A stretch of 32,000 bases of DNA from Rhodococcus sp. B50. GTDB taxonomy: Bacteria; Actinomycetota; Actinomycetes; Mycobacteriales; Mycobacteriaceae. Under the pieces are notes generated by a model. It searched no databases. It saw only the letters and a program-made list of their open reading frames with translations, and was not told the origin of the DNA. The position numbers were made by a program, and so were the translations under genes. The DNA lies in the NCBI RefSeq assembly GCF_013602415.1, contig NZ_WPAG02000002.1, forward strand, positions 1,893,480 to 1,925,479, read 5' to 3'. Numbering within the stretch: position 1 is the first letter of the stretch; the number at the start of each line of letters is the position of its first letter. This document shows positions 20,781 to 29,906 of this stretch, in pieces.

Positions 20781-23700
20781 ATGGCGGAGAAGGACACGTC
20801 CCTCCCCTGGCCCTTCCTGCGACAGTTCCTCGGTAAGGACCTGCTCGGGCGTGGCAAGGCCGCACGTTCCCGTCGCACCGACGAGATCGAACCGCGCACC
20901 TCCACCGCCGATCGTGTCGCGCGCAGCGTGTGCCCTTACTGCGCTGTCGGTTGCGGACAGAAGATCTTCGTCAAGGACGAACGGATCGTCCAGATCGAAG
21001 GCGACCCCGACAGCCCGGTGAATCGCGGGCGCCTCTGCCCCAAGGGTTCGGCCAGCAAGAACCTCGTCACCAGCGAGTTGCGTGAGACCAAGATTCGCTA
21101 TCGCCGGGCCTACGGCACCGAATGGGAAGACCTCGACCTCGACACGGCCATGGAGATGGTCGTCGATCGCGTGCTGAAGACCCGCCGCGAGACGTGGCAG
21201 GAGTTCGACGAGAAGGGTCGTCGCGTCCGGCGCACGATGGGTATCGCCAGCCTCGGCGGAGCCACGCTGGACAACGAGGAGAACTACCTCATCAAGAAGC
21301 TGTTCACGGCGATGGGGGCGATCCAGGTCGAGAACCAGGCCCGCATATGACACTCCGCCACCGTCCCCGGTCTGGGGACCAGCTTCGGGCGCGGCGGCGC
21401 CACCGGCTACACAGCCGACCTGGCCAACGCTGACTGCATCATCATCCAGGGTTCCAACATGGCCGAAGCCCACCCCGTGGGCTTCCAGTGGGTCGTGGAG
21501 GCCCAGAACCGTGGTGCCCGCGTCATCCACATCGACCCGCGCTTCACCCGTACGAGCGCGGTGGCAGACAAGCACGTCCCGATCCGGGTGGGCAGCGACA
21601 TCGCCTTCCTCGGCGGCATCGTCAACTACGTGCTGAGCAACGAGCTGGACTTCCGCGAGTACGTCGTCAACTACACGAACGCCGCAGTGCTCGTCAGCGA
21701 CAAGTTCGAGGACACCGACGACCTCGACGGGCTCTTCTCCGGCTTCGATCCGGAGAAGCGGACCTACGACCCGACGAGCTGGCAGTACGACGTGGAGGAC
21801 GAACCTGGCGACCTGCACAAGTCTCAGGCCGACGATTCCGGCGAACACGCCGAGCACCGAGCGACCGCTGCAGGACTGCAGAACGAGGCGCACGGCATCC
21901 AGACGGCGAGCCACCCGAGGCGCGACGAGACCCTGCAGCACCCGCGATGCGTCTACCAGGTGCTCAAGCGGCACTTCGCCCGCTACACGCCCGAGGTGGT
22001 CGAGCAGGTGTGCGGCGTCTCGCAGGAGGACTTCCTCGACGTCTGCCGCGCATGGACCGCGAACTCCGGTCGGGAGCGGACGACCGCGCTCGTCTACAGC
22101 GTGGGCTGGACCCAGCACAGTGTGGGCGTGCAGTACATCCGCACCGGCGCGATCCTGCAGCTGCTGCTCGGCAACATGGGCCGCCCCGGCGGAGGGATCA
22201 TGGCGCTGCGGGGTCACGCCAGCATCCAGGGCTCGACCGACATTCCGACGTTGTTCAACCTCCTGCCCGGCTACCTGCCGATGCCCGATGCGAACAAGCA
22301 CGAGTCGATGACGGACTGGGTGGACAGTGTCCGCAATCCGGGCAGCAAGGGCTTCTGGTCGAAGGCCGACGCCTACGCCGTGAACCTGCTCAAGGCCTAC
22401 TGGGGCGATGTGGCGACCGCCGACAACGACTACTGCTTCGACTACATGCCGAAGATCACCGGCGATCACGGCACCTACCGCTCTGTGCTCGACATGATCG
22501 ACGGAAAGGTCAAGGGCTATTTCCTCCTCGGTCAGAACCCGGCCGTGGGATCCGCCCACGGCCGGGCCCAGCGGCTGGGGATGGCGAATCTCGACTGGCT
22601 CGTGGTGCGCGACCTGTTCGAGATCGAGAGCGCCAACTTCTGGAAGGACTCCCCGGAGGTCGAGACCGGGGAGATCGTGACCGAGGAATGCGCCACCGAG
22701 GTGTTCCTGTTCCCGGCCGCCTCCTATGCCGAGAAGGAGGGCACCTTCACGCAGACCCAGCGGATGCTGCAGTGGCGGGAGAAGGCCGTCGAGCCGCCGG
22801 AGGACTGTCGTTCGGAACTGTGGTTCTTCTACCACCTCGGACGAATGATGCGGGAACGGCTGGCCGGGTCGACCGACGAACGCGACCGCCCGCTGCTCGA
22901 TCTGGCATGGGATTATCCCGTGCACGGCGAGCACGACGAGCCCAGCGCCGAAGCGGTGCTGATGGAGATCAACGGGTACGACATCGCGACCCGCAGGCCG
23001 CTGTCGTCGTTCACCGAGATGAAGAACGACGGCTCCACACTGGGTGGCTGCTGGATCTACACCGGGGTCTATGCCGACGGCGTCAATCAGGCCAACCGTC
23101 GCAAGTCCCGTCACGATCAGTCGTTCGTGGCTCCGGAGTGGGGTTGGGCGTGGCCGATGAACCGTCGCATCCTCTACAACCGGGCCTCCGCCGATCCCGA
23201 GGGCCGGCCGTGGAGCGAACGCAAGGCCTACGTGTGGTGGGACGCCGACGCGCAGCAGTGGACCGGCGCGGACGTGCCGGACTTCGAGAAGACGAAGCCG
23301 CCGAGCTATCGCTCCCCCGAGGGCGCCGACGGTGTCGAGGCGATCGAAGGGATCGATCCGTTCATCATGCAGGGCGATGGCAAGGGTGCCCTCTACGTAC
23401 CCCAGGGGCTCGTCGACGGACCGATGCCGACCCACTACGAACCGGTCGAGTCGCCGTTCCGCAATCCGCTCTATGCGCAGCAGGGCAACCCGACGCGCAT
23501 GGAATACCGTCGCGACGACAACCCGATGAACCCGGCGCCACCGGAGGACCACGTCGACGTGTTCCCGTTCGTGTTCACGACCAGCCGTCTCACCGAGCAC
23601 CACACTGCGGGCGGGATGAGCCGGTATCTCGAACATCTCGCCGAACTGCAGCCGGAGATGTTCGTGGAGGTCTCCCCCGCGCTGGCGGCCGAGCGCGGAC

Positions 23701-24080
23701 TCGAGCACATGGGCTGGTGTCACGTGATCACTGCCCGTTCGGCGGTCGAGGGCCGCGTGCTGGTGACCGACCGGTTGCGTCCACTGAAGGTGGAGGGCCG
23801 GACCGTGCACCAGGTGTGGATGCCCTATCACTGGGGTGGTGGCGGCATGGTGACCGGCGACTCGACCAACGATCTGTTCGGGATCACGTTGGATCCGAAC
23901 GTGCTCATCCAGGAGAGCAAGGTCGGTACGTGCGACGTCCGCGCCGGACGCCGGCCGACCGGACCGGCGCTGCGGGAGTACGTCGAGGGATATGCGCGGC
24001 GGGCCGGGGTAAGCGATGGTGTGTACCCACCCGTCGTCACGGTCTCGGATGACGGACACGCTCCGGAGGAGGACGAGTGA
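20781..24080 (+). CDS. fdhA: Formate dehydrogenase alpha subunit (Mo/W-bis-MGD, FdnG/FdoG-like) with selenocysteine encoded by in-frame UGA at 21348-21350
   Basis: ORFs 20691..21350 and 21459..24080 share a frame (both start coordinates are divisible by 3). Read-through gives '...AIQVENQARI-U-HSATVPGLGTSFGRGGATGYTADLANADCIIIQGSNMAEAHPVGFQW', which aligns with E. coli FdnG 'QARV-U-HGPTVASLAPTFGRGAMTNHW...AEAHPVGFRW' as I recall it. N-terminal 4Fe-4S motif 'CPYCAVGCG'. ATG 20781 is preceded by GGAGAGGAG. Confidence 0.9.
21351..21392 (+). promoter_or_regulatory. Bacterial SECIS element (SelB-binding hairpin) immediately 3' of the UGA-Sec codon
   Basis: Apical hairpin GUCCCC-GGUCU-GGGGAC at 21363-21379. 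With the U of UGA as position 1, the loop GGUCU occupies positions 22-26. That is the same sequence and spacing as the E. coli fdhF SECIS apical loop as I recall it (UGA CAC GGC CCA UCG GUU GCA GGU CUG CAC). A lower stem CGCC(21356-59)/GGCG(21388-91) is possible. Confidence 0.75.
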
Positions 24081-24991
24081 CCGGCCCCAACAGCTTCTTC
24101 GGACCGATCGACCCGGCACCCGATGCCGGGTACGAGGATCCGCCGGCTCGCAAGGGCTTCTTCACCGACACCAGTGTGTGTATCGGCTGCAAGGCCTGTG
24201 AGGTCGCCTGCAAGGAGTGGAACGACGTTCCCGAGAACGCGTTTGCGATGCTCGGCACGTCGTACGACAACAGCCATTCGCTCAACGCGAACCAGTGGCG
24301 ACACGTCGCCTTCATCGAGCGGCCCACCGAGAAGAAACCGGCGGTGTCGCTGGGGATGCCGACCATCGGTGCGGCACCGAGCGAGCAGCCGGACGAGGAG
24401 AAACCGGACTTCCGGTGGTTGATGTCCTCGGATGTGTGCAAGCACTGCACCCACGCGGCATGCCTCGACGTGTGCCCGACCGGTTCACTGTTCCGCAGCG
24501 AGTTCGGCACGGTGGTCGTGCAGGACGACATCTGCAACGGCTGCGGGTACTGCGTGGCCGCCTGTCCGTACGGCGTCATCGACCGCCGCAAGGGACCGGA
24601 GGGAGACCCGAAAGTCGGTATCGCACAGAAATGCACGCTCTGCTACGACCGGCTCACCGACGACCAGACACCGTCCTGCGCGCAGGCGTGCCCCACGCAG
24701 TCGATCCAGTTCGGCGACGTCGAGGAGTTGCGCGCGCGAGCCGACGAGCGACTTGCCGCGCTGCACGAGCGTGGCGTCACCGAGGCACGGCTCTACGGCA
24801 ACGATCCCGAGGACGGAGTCGGCGGAACCGGGGCTTTCTTCCTGCTCCTCGATGAACCGGAGGTCTACGGCCTGCCCCCGGACCCGGTGGTGACGACCAA
24901 GGATCTACCGGAGATGTGGAACCGTGCTGCCGTCGCAGCCGTCGCGATGCTGGCGGGCGCCGCCCTGTCGTTCCTGAGGAGGCGCGGATGA
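24077..24991 (+). CDS. fdhB: Formate dehydrogenase beta subunit (four [4Fe-4S] ferredoxin, FdnH-like) with a C-terminal TM helix
   Basis: ORF 24077..24991(+). Cys motifs 'CIGCKACEVAC', 'CKHCTHAACLDVCP', 'CNGCGYCVAACP', 'CTLCYDR...CAQACP'. C-terminal 'AAVAAVAMLAGAALSFLRRRG'. The GTG overlaps the alpha stop (GTGA). Confidence 0.88.
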   Translation: MTGPNSFFGPIDPAPDAGYEDPPARKGFFTDTSVCIGCKACEVACKEWNDVPENAFAMLGTSYDNSHSLNANQWRHVAFIERPTEKKPAVSLGMPTIGAAPSEQPDEEKPDFRWLMSSDVCKHCTHAACLDVCPTGSLFRSEFGTVVVQDDICNGCGYCVAACPYGVIDRRKGPEGDPKVGIAQKCTLCYDRLTDDQTPSCAQACPTQSIQFGDVEELRARADERLAALHERGVTEARLYGNDPEDGVGGTGAFFLLLDEPEVYGLPPDPVVTTKDLPEMWNRAAVAAVAMLAGAALSFLRRRG

Positions 24992-26007
24992 CACAGGTGC
25001 AGCACGGCGGCAGCCCGGGCAATCCGCGCCGGTCCGGAGGTGGTCACGGCGGAGATCGAGTGATGGTGCCGGAGGCCGACTTCGAGTCCTATTACGGACG
25101 CCAGATCGTGAAACCGGCGCCGTGGGAACACGACATCGCCGTGTACCTGTTCACCGGAGGCGTGGCCGCGGGCAGCTCACTGCTCGCCGCTGGCGCCGAC
25201 CTGACGGGTCGCCCCGCACTGCGTCGTGTGGCCCGATTCGGATCGCTCGCATCGCTTCTCGTCAGCGTCGGTGCCCTCGTCCACGATCTCGGCAAACCGA
25301 GCCGCTTCCTCAACATGTTGCGGGTCGCCAAACCGACCTCACCGATGTCGGTCGGTACGTGGATCCTGTCGCTGCACGGTCCGTTCGCGGGCGTCGCGGC
25401 GGTCGCGGAGATCGCCGACATGCTGCCCGCCCGGTGGAAGCGGGGGCCGGTGCGACTCCTGCTCGCTCTCGGCCGGCCGGCCGGGATCGTGGGGGCGCTG
25501 ACGGCACCGCCGGTCGCCGCCTACACCGGTGTTCTGCTGTCCGACACTGCAACTCCGGCCTGGCACTCAGCCTACAAGGAGATTCCCTTCGTGTTCTGCG
25601 GGTCCGCGGCGGCCGCATCGGGTGGTCTCGGACTGCTGGGGGCACCGCTCGCCGAGGCCGGACCGGCGCGTACCTTCGCCGTCGGCGGCGCGCTCGCCGA
25701 ACTCGCGCTCGAGCAGCGGATGGAGAAGTCGATGGGCCTGTCGGCCGAGACACTCCATCAGGGTCGACCCGGGCGGTTGATGAAGGCCAGCAAGGCATTG
25801 ACGGTGGCCGGTGCGCTCGGCGCACTCGCCGGACGCCGCAACCGGGCACTGTCGATGGTGTCCGGCGCCGCACTCATGGCCGGCTCGCTGTGCACTCGCC
25901 TCGGCGTCTACGAGGCCGGCATCGCCTCGGCGAAGGATCCCAAGTACACCGTCGTTCCCCAGCGTGAACGGGTCGACCGCGGGGAACCCGTGCGTTATCG
26001 GAGCTGA
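24988..26007 (+). CDS. NrfD/PsrC-family polytopic membrane (quinone-interacting) subunit of the formate dehydrogenase
   Basis: C-terminal 339 aa of ORF 24916..26007(+), ATG 24988 overlapping the beta stop (ATGA). 'WEHDIAVYLFTGGVAAGS' and 'HDLGKPSRFLNMLRVAKPTSPMSVGTW' are typical NrfD-family motifs. No cytochrome b (FdnI-type) features were seen. Confidence 0.75.
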   Translation: MTQVQHGGSPGNPRRSGGGHGGDRVMVPEADFESYYGRQIVKPAPWEHDIAVYLFTGGVAAGSSLLAAGADLTGRPALRRVARFGSLASLLVSVGALVHDLGKPSRFLNMLRVAKPTSPMSVGTWILSLHGPFAGVAAVAEIADMLPARWKRGPVRLLLALGRPAGIVGALTAPPVAAYTGVLLSDTATPAWHSAYKEIPFVFCGSAAAASGGLGLLGAPLAEAGPARTFAVGGALAELALEQRMEKSMGLSAETLHQGRPGRLMKASKALTVAGALGALAGRRNRALSMVSGAALMAGSLCTRLGVYEAGIASAKDPKYTVVPQRERVDRGEPVRYRS

Positions 26008-26041
26008 GGTCGAGCTCCCAGGCACAACGAAGGAGAACGAC

Positions 26042-27349
26042 ATGGACTCCGAGAAGGCCACGCAAGCGCGACGCGATGTCACCGCACGGGACGGACAACC
26101 ACCGGGGAGCTTCCGCTGGTTGCTGGTCGGCGGCGGACTGCTACTGCAGTTCTCGATCGGCGCGGTCTACGCGTGGTCGGTCTTCGGCGGAGCACTCGAG
26201 AGCGCCGAATCCTGGCAACTCAGCACAGTCCGGGCCTCACTTCCGTTCACCGTCACCATCGGCATGATCTTCATCGGCACCTATCTCGGTGGCCGACTGC
26301 AGGATCTGAAGGGCCCTCGTGTCGTCGCGCTGATCGGCGGTGTCATCTACGCCCTCGGCATTCTCCTCGCCTCGTTCACCAACGGTGCCGACGATTACTG
26401 GCTCCTCATCCTCGGATACGGCATCATCAGCGGCTTCGGTCTGGGATTCGCGTACATCGTCCCGATCGCCATGCTGCAGAAGTGGTTTCCCGACAAGACC
26501 GGTCTCATCACCGGGCTCGCGGTGGGCGGCTTCGGGTTCGGTGCGGTGCTCACCTCGCCGGTCGCGCAATGGCTCATCGATCAGAATCCGGACGACCCCA
26601 CAAGCGCTTTCCTACCGCTGGGTATCGCCTACCTCGTGATGTCCCTCGCGGGTGCAGCACTCTTCCGCAACCCGCCCGAGGGATACACCGTGCCCGGTTA
26701 CGAACCTGCTTCGAAGGCCGGTACCGGAGCGAAGGGCGGCAAGGAGTACACCCAGGGTGAAGCGCTGCGCACGCCCCAGTGGTACCTCCTGACCGCCATC
26801 CTCACCCTGTGCGTCACCGCGGGCATCTCACTGATCTCGCAGGCCAAGCCGAGCGCTTCCGACATCGCCGGCTTCAGCGCGAGCGGCGCGGCGGCGCTCG
26901 TGGGCGCGCTCGCGATCTTCAACGGTGCCGGCCGGATCGTGTGGGCCGCGATCTCCGACCGCATCGGGCGGATGAAGACGTTCACCGCACTGCTCGTGCT
27001 GCAGGGCGTGTGCCTGATCGTGTTGCCGCACGCCGGCGGTGTGGTGCTGTTCTCGATCCTGGCCGCGATCATCTACCTCTGCTACGGCGGTGCTTTCGGC
27101 ACCATGCCTGCAACCGCCGGCGATTTCTTCGGCGTCCGCAACGCCGGTGCCATCTACGGACTGATGCTCATCGGCTGGAGCATCGGCGGCATCATCGGTC
27201 CGATCATTGCGTCCACACTGATCGGCGAGGACAAGGCCTACACGCTCGCGTACACCACCATCGGCATCATCGCGCTGGTGTCGGTGGTGCTCACGTTGAT
27301 CACCAAGGTGCCCGCGGCACGCCGAGAGTCCGTCCCGACCCACTCCTGA
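26042..27349 (+). CDS. MFS transporter, oxalate/formate antiporter (OFA) family
   Basis: ORF 25811..27349(+), start at ATG 26042 ('MDSEKATQ...') with GAAGGAG upstream. 'FRWLLVGGGLLLQFSIGAVYAWSVFGGAL' is the OFA-family N-terminal signature. About 12 TM helices, 435 aa. Confidence 0.75.
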   Translation: MDSEKATQARRDVTARDGQPPGSFRWLLVGGGLLLQFSIGAVYAWSVFGGALESAESWQLSTVRASLPFTVTIGMIFIGTYLGGRLQDLKGPRVVALIGGVIYALGILLASFTNGADDYWLLILGYGIISGFGLGFAYIVPIAMLQKWFPDKTGLITGLAVGGFGFGAVLTSPVAQWLIDQNPDDPTSAFLPLGIAYLVMSLAGAALFRNPPEGYTVPGYEPASKAGTGAKGGKEYTQGEALRTPQWYLLTAILTLCVTAGISLISQAKPSASDIAGFSASGAAALVGALAIFNGAGRIVWAAISDRIGRMKTFTALLVLQGVCLIVLPHAGGVVLFSILAAIIYLCYGGAFGTMPATAGDFFGVRNAGAIYGLMLIGWSIGGIIGPIIASTLIGEDKAYTLAYTTIGIIALVSVVLTLITKVPAARRESVPTHS

Positions 27350-27371
27350 GCCCGCTTGTGGTCTCGCCCGC

Positions 27372-29729
27372 TCACGCTCCGTGCCCTTCGTGAGCGTGCA
27401 ACCATGACACGACCTGCGTGCGGGAGTGCACACCGAGTTTGCCGAGGATCCGTTCGACGTGACCGTCGACGGTCCGGCGCGAGATGACGAGCCGGTCGGC
27501 GATCGCGCGGTTGCTCAACCCTCCCGCGACGAGCGCCGCAATCTCCTGTTCCCGTTTCGTCAATGGTGATTTCCGCGAGACCGCGGCAGCCCGAGCACGC
27601 GGTGTCCGGGATTCGGGAGTCCCACCTGGTTCCAGTGCGCTGCGCACGAGATCACCGATGGTCGCGCCGACCTGCGAACGGAGCAACCCGGAGCGTGTCG
27701 CTTCGTCCACCGCGTCCCGGAGGCGTCGTTCCGCGGCGAGCGAATCCTGCTCGATGTGCGGTCCGAACGCGGCGATCGTCGTGCCGAGCCGCTGCCACAC
27801 CGTCCGTGCGGCCCCGAGCAGTCTCGCCGAATTCTCCGGGTCGCCTTCGGCCCCCGATGACCACGCCAGCAGTTCGATCGACAGCGCCGTGCAGATCTTG
27901 TCCTCGAAATCACGCTGGATTATCAGAGCCTCGTTCGCCGACCCGACCGCGGGTCCGAGACGTCCGAGATGAAAATGGGTCAGTCCGGAGACCCACAGCG
28001 CATAGGCCTTGTTCCACCGCTCGCCGTGTGCGTCCGCCATGTCGACGACGCGAGCGCACGTGGTGAGGGCCTCGCCGAGCCGTCCGTCGTAGGTCTGCGC
28101 CATCGCGAGCTGGAACAGGCAGGTGAGGTAGGCGGCGCGGTCGTCGTGGGCGTGATGGACCTCCCCCGCTCGGTGGAAGAGCTCGATGGCCGCGGCCGTG
28201 TCGCCGCAGAACAGTGCGTGCAGGGCGGTCCAGTGATCGCAATGGGCCTGCAACCGTACGTCGCCGGATTCCGTTGCAATCGAACGAAGTTCATCGAGAT
28301 GAACCGCAGCGCCGTCACGGTCCCCCTGGATCAGCGCCGTCCACGCGGTCACCCACAGCACATGGCCGCGTTCGCGGCTCGACTGTGGAAGCCGCTGCAG
28401 GAGTCCTTCGAGCCGTGCGCGGCCGGTGGAGAGATATCCCCCGGCGATCCAGTGATAGCGCAGCGCGACGGCGAGTTCCGCCCCGGAGGCGAGTTGGTCG
28501 TCGTCCCGGATCGAACGATCGAGCGCGGCCATGAAGTCCGCGTGGTCGGCGCGCATCAACGACAACAGGGTCGACTGCTCCGGTCCGTACCAGCTTTCGG
28601 CACAGCGCCGGGCGCGGTCGAGGTAGTGGTCGCAGTGCCTCCGGTACAGCCGCTCGCGCTCCCCGCGAGCGTCGAGCAACTCGTGCCCGTATTCCCGCAC
28701 CGTCACCAACTGTGAGTACCTCAGCACTGAAGAAGAACGGTCGACGCCGACAAGCGATTTCGCTATCAACCTGTCCAGCAGGTCGATCACCTGATCGCTC
28801 GGCAGGTCGTCGTCGGCGCAGACCACCTCCGCGGCCTCGAGATCGAAACTGCCGGTGAATACCGATAATCGCGCCCACAGGGTTCGCTCGGCATCGGAAC
28901 ACAGCTCGTAACTCCAGTCGATCAACGCCCGCAAGGTCTGCTGCCGTGGCACCGCCGCGCGGCTGCCCCCGGTGAGAAGCGCGAAACGCCGGTCGAGTCG
29001 TTCGACGAGTTGCGCCGGAGACAACGAACGCAGGCGGGTCGCGGCGAGTTCGAGAGCGAGAGGCACGCCGTCGAGCGCAATGCACAGTTGCGCAACGGCA
29101 TCGGCGTTGTCGTCGGCCACCTCGAACCCCGGGACCACCTGCCGGGCCCGGTCCACGAGCAGACCGACCGCTTCGAACCGTTCGAGATCCGCCGCCCTGT
29201 TTCCCGTCGACCCGCTCGGCGTGGTCAGAGGCGGAAGCACGTACTCCGCCTCCCCCGACACACTCAGAGGCTCACGACTGGTGGCAAGGATCCGCACCTC
29301 CGGCGCATCGCCGAGGACAACGGCGACGAATTCGGCCACGGTCCCGATCACGTGCTCACAGTTGTCGACCACGATCAGCATGTGCTTGTCGCGGAGATGG
29401 TCGACGATCTTGTCCATCACGGGCCTGGTGGACTGGTCGGTCACCCCCAGAGCGGCCGCCGCGGCCGAGGGAACGGATTCCGGGTCGCGCACGACCGCCA
29501 GGTCGATCCAGCGGAACGAGTCGCGGAAAGCTCGCGACGTTCGCATCGCCAACTCCTCGGCCAACCGGGTCTTTCCCACGCCTCCCGGACCGAGGATCGA
29601 GATCAGCCGGGACCGCTGGAGGCACGACCGGGCCTCGTCGATCTCGCGACGGCGACCGACGAAGGTCGTCACCGAACGGGTGGGTCCCGGGGTGCGGAAC
29701 AGTGCAGATTCGGGCGGAGCAAATTCCAT
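27372..29729 (-). CDS. Large ATP-binding LuxR-family (LAL/MalT-like) transcriptional regulator
   Basis: C-terminal 785 aa of ORF 27372..31568(-), start ATG 29729 ('MEFAPPESALFRTPGP'). Walker A 'GPGGVGKTRLA', Walker B-like 'MLIVVDNCEH', a central TPR-like region, and C-terminal LuxR HTH 'LTKREQEIAALVAGGLSNRAIADRLVISRRTVDGHVERILGKLGV'. Confidence 0.85.
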   Translation of the reverse strand: MEFAPPESALFRTPGPTRSVTTFVGRRREIDEARSCLQRSRLISILGPGGVGKTRLAEELAMRTSRAFRDSFRWIDLAVVRDPESVPSAAAAALGVTDQSTRPVMDKIVDHLRDKHMLIVVDNCEHVIGTVAEFVAVVLGDAPEVRILATSREPLSVSGEAEYVLPPLTTPSGSTGNRAADLERFEAVGLLVDRARQVVPGFEVADDNADAVAQLCIALDGVPLALELAATRLRSLSPAQLVERLDRRFALLTGGSRAAVPRQQTLRALIDWSYELCSDAERTLWARLSVFTGSFDLEAAEVVCADDDLPSDQVIDLLDRLIAKSLVGVDRSSSVLRYSQLVTVREYGHELLDARGERERLYRRHCDHYLDRARRCAESWYGPEQSTLLSLMRADHADFMAALDRSIRDDDQLASGAELAVALRYHWIAGGYLSTGRARLEGLLQRLPQSSRERGHVLWVTAWTALIQGDRDGAAVHLDELRSIATESGDVRLQAHCDHWTALHALFCGDTAAAIELFHRAGEVHHAHDDRAAYLTCLFQLAMAQTYDGRLGEALTTCARVVDMADAHGERWNKAYALWVSGLTHFHLGRLGPAVGSANEALIIQRDFEDKICTALSIELLAWSSGAEGDPENSARLLGAARTVWQRLGTTIAAFGPHIEQDSLAAERRLRDAVDEATRSGLLRSQVGATIGDLVRSALEPGGTPESRTPRARAAAVSRKSPLTKREQEIAALVAGGLSNRAIADRLVISRRTVDGHVERILGKLGVHSRTQVVSWLHAHEGHGA

Positions 29730-29906
29730 CGTCACGCTTCTCAGTGATAGTGCGCCCAACATACCCGGATGATCGTGTGACGACCAACACAGGTATCGAA
29801 TGGGGTATTTCGCCCCGCGCCCTCGAATGTGATCCAGGTCATTGTCGATACAGACCTTCGGCCCACCGACCGGAGCGACACCCCGATACCGAGGAGCCAG
29901 GAGACG

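Noticed and set aside
20691-21350. Calling the 5' FDH fragment a pseudogene or truncated gene
   Set aside because: The stop is TGA at the conserved Sec position, the downstream ORF is in the same frame, a SECIS-like hairpin follows, and selABCD are adjacent. It is a recoding event, not a disruption.
19596-24119. 1507-aa ORF on the minus strand, the longest in the window
   Set aside because: It is antisense to selD and the whole fdhA gene, both of which have unambiguous family motifs on the plus strand. Its product is low-complexity and Arg/Gly/His/Val-rich with no recognisable domain. Long stop-free antisense frames are expected at about 70% GC.
27350-27371. Possible bidirectional terminator between the convergent MFS and LuxR genes
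   Set aside because: The 22-bp gap contains a direct repeat (GCCCGCT twice) but no convincing inverted repeat or T-tract.
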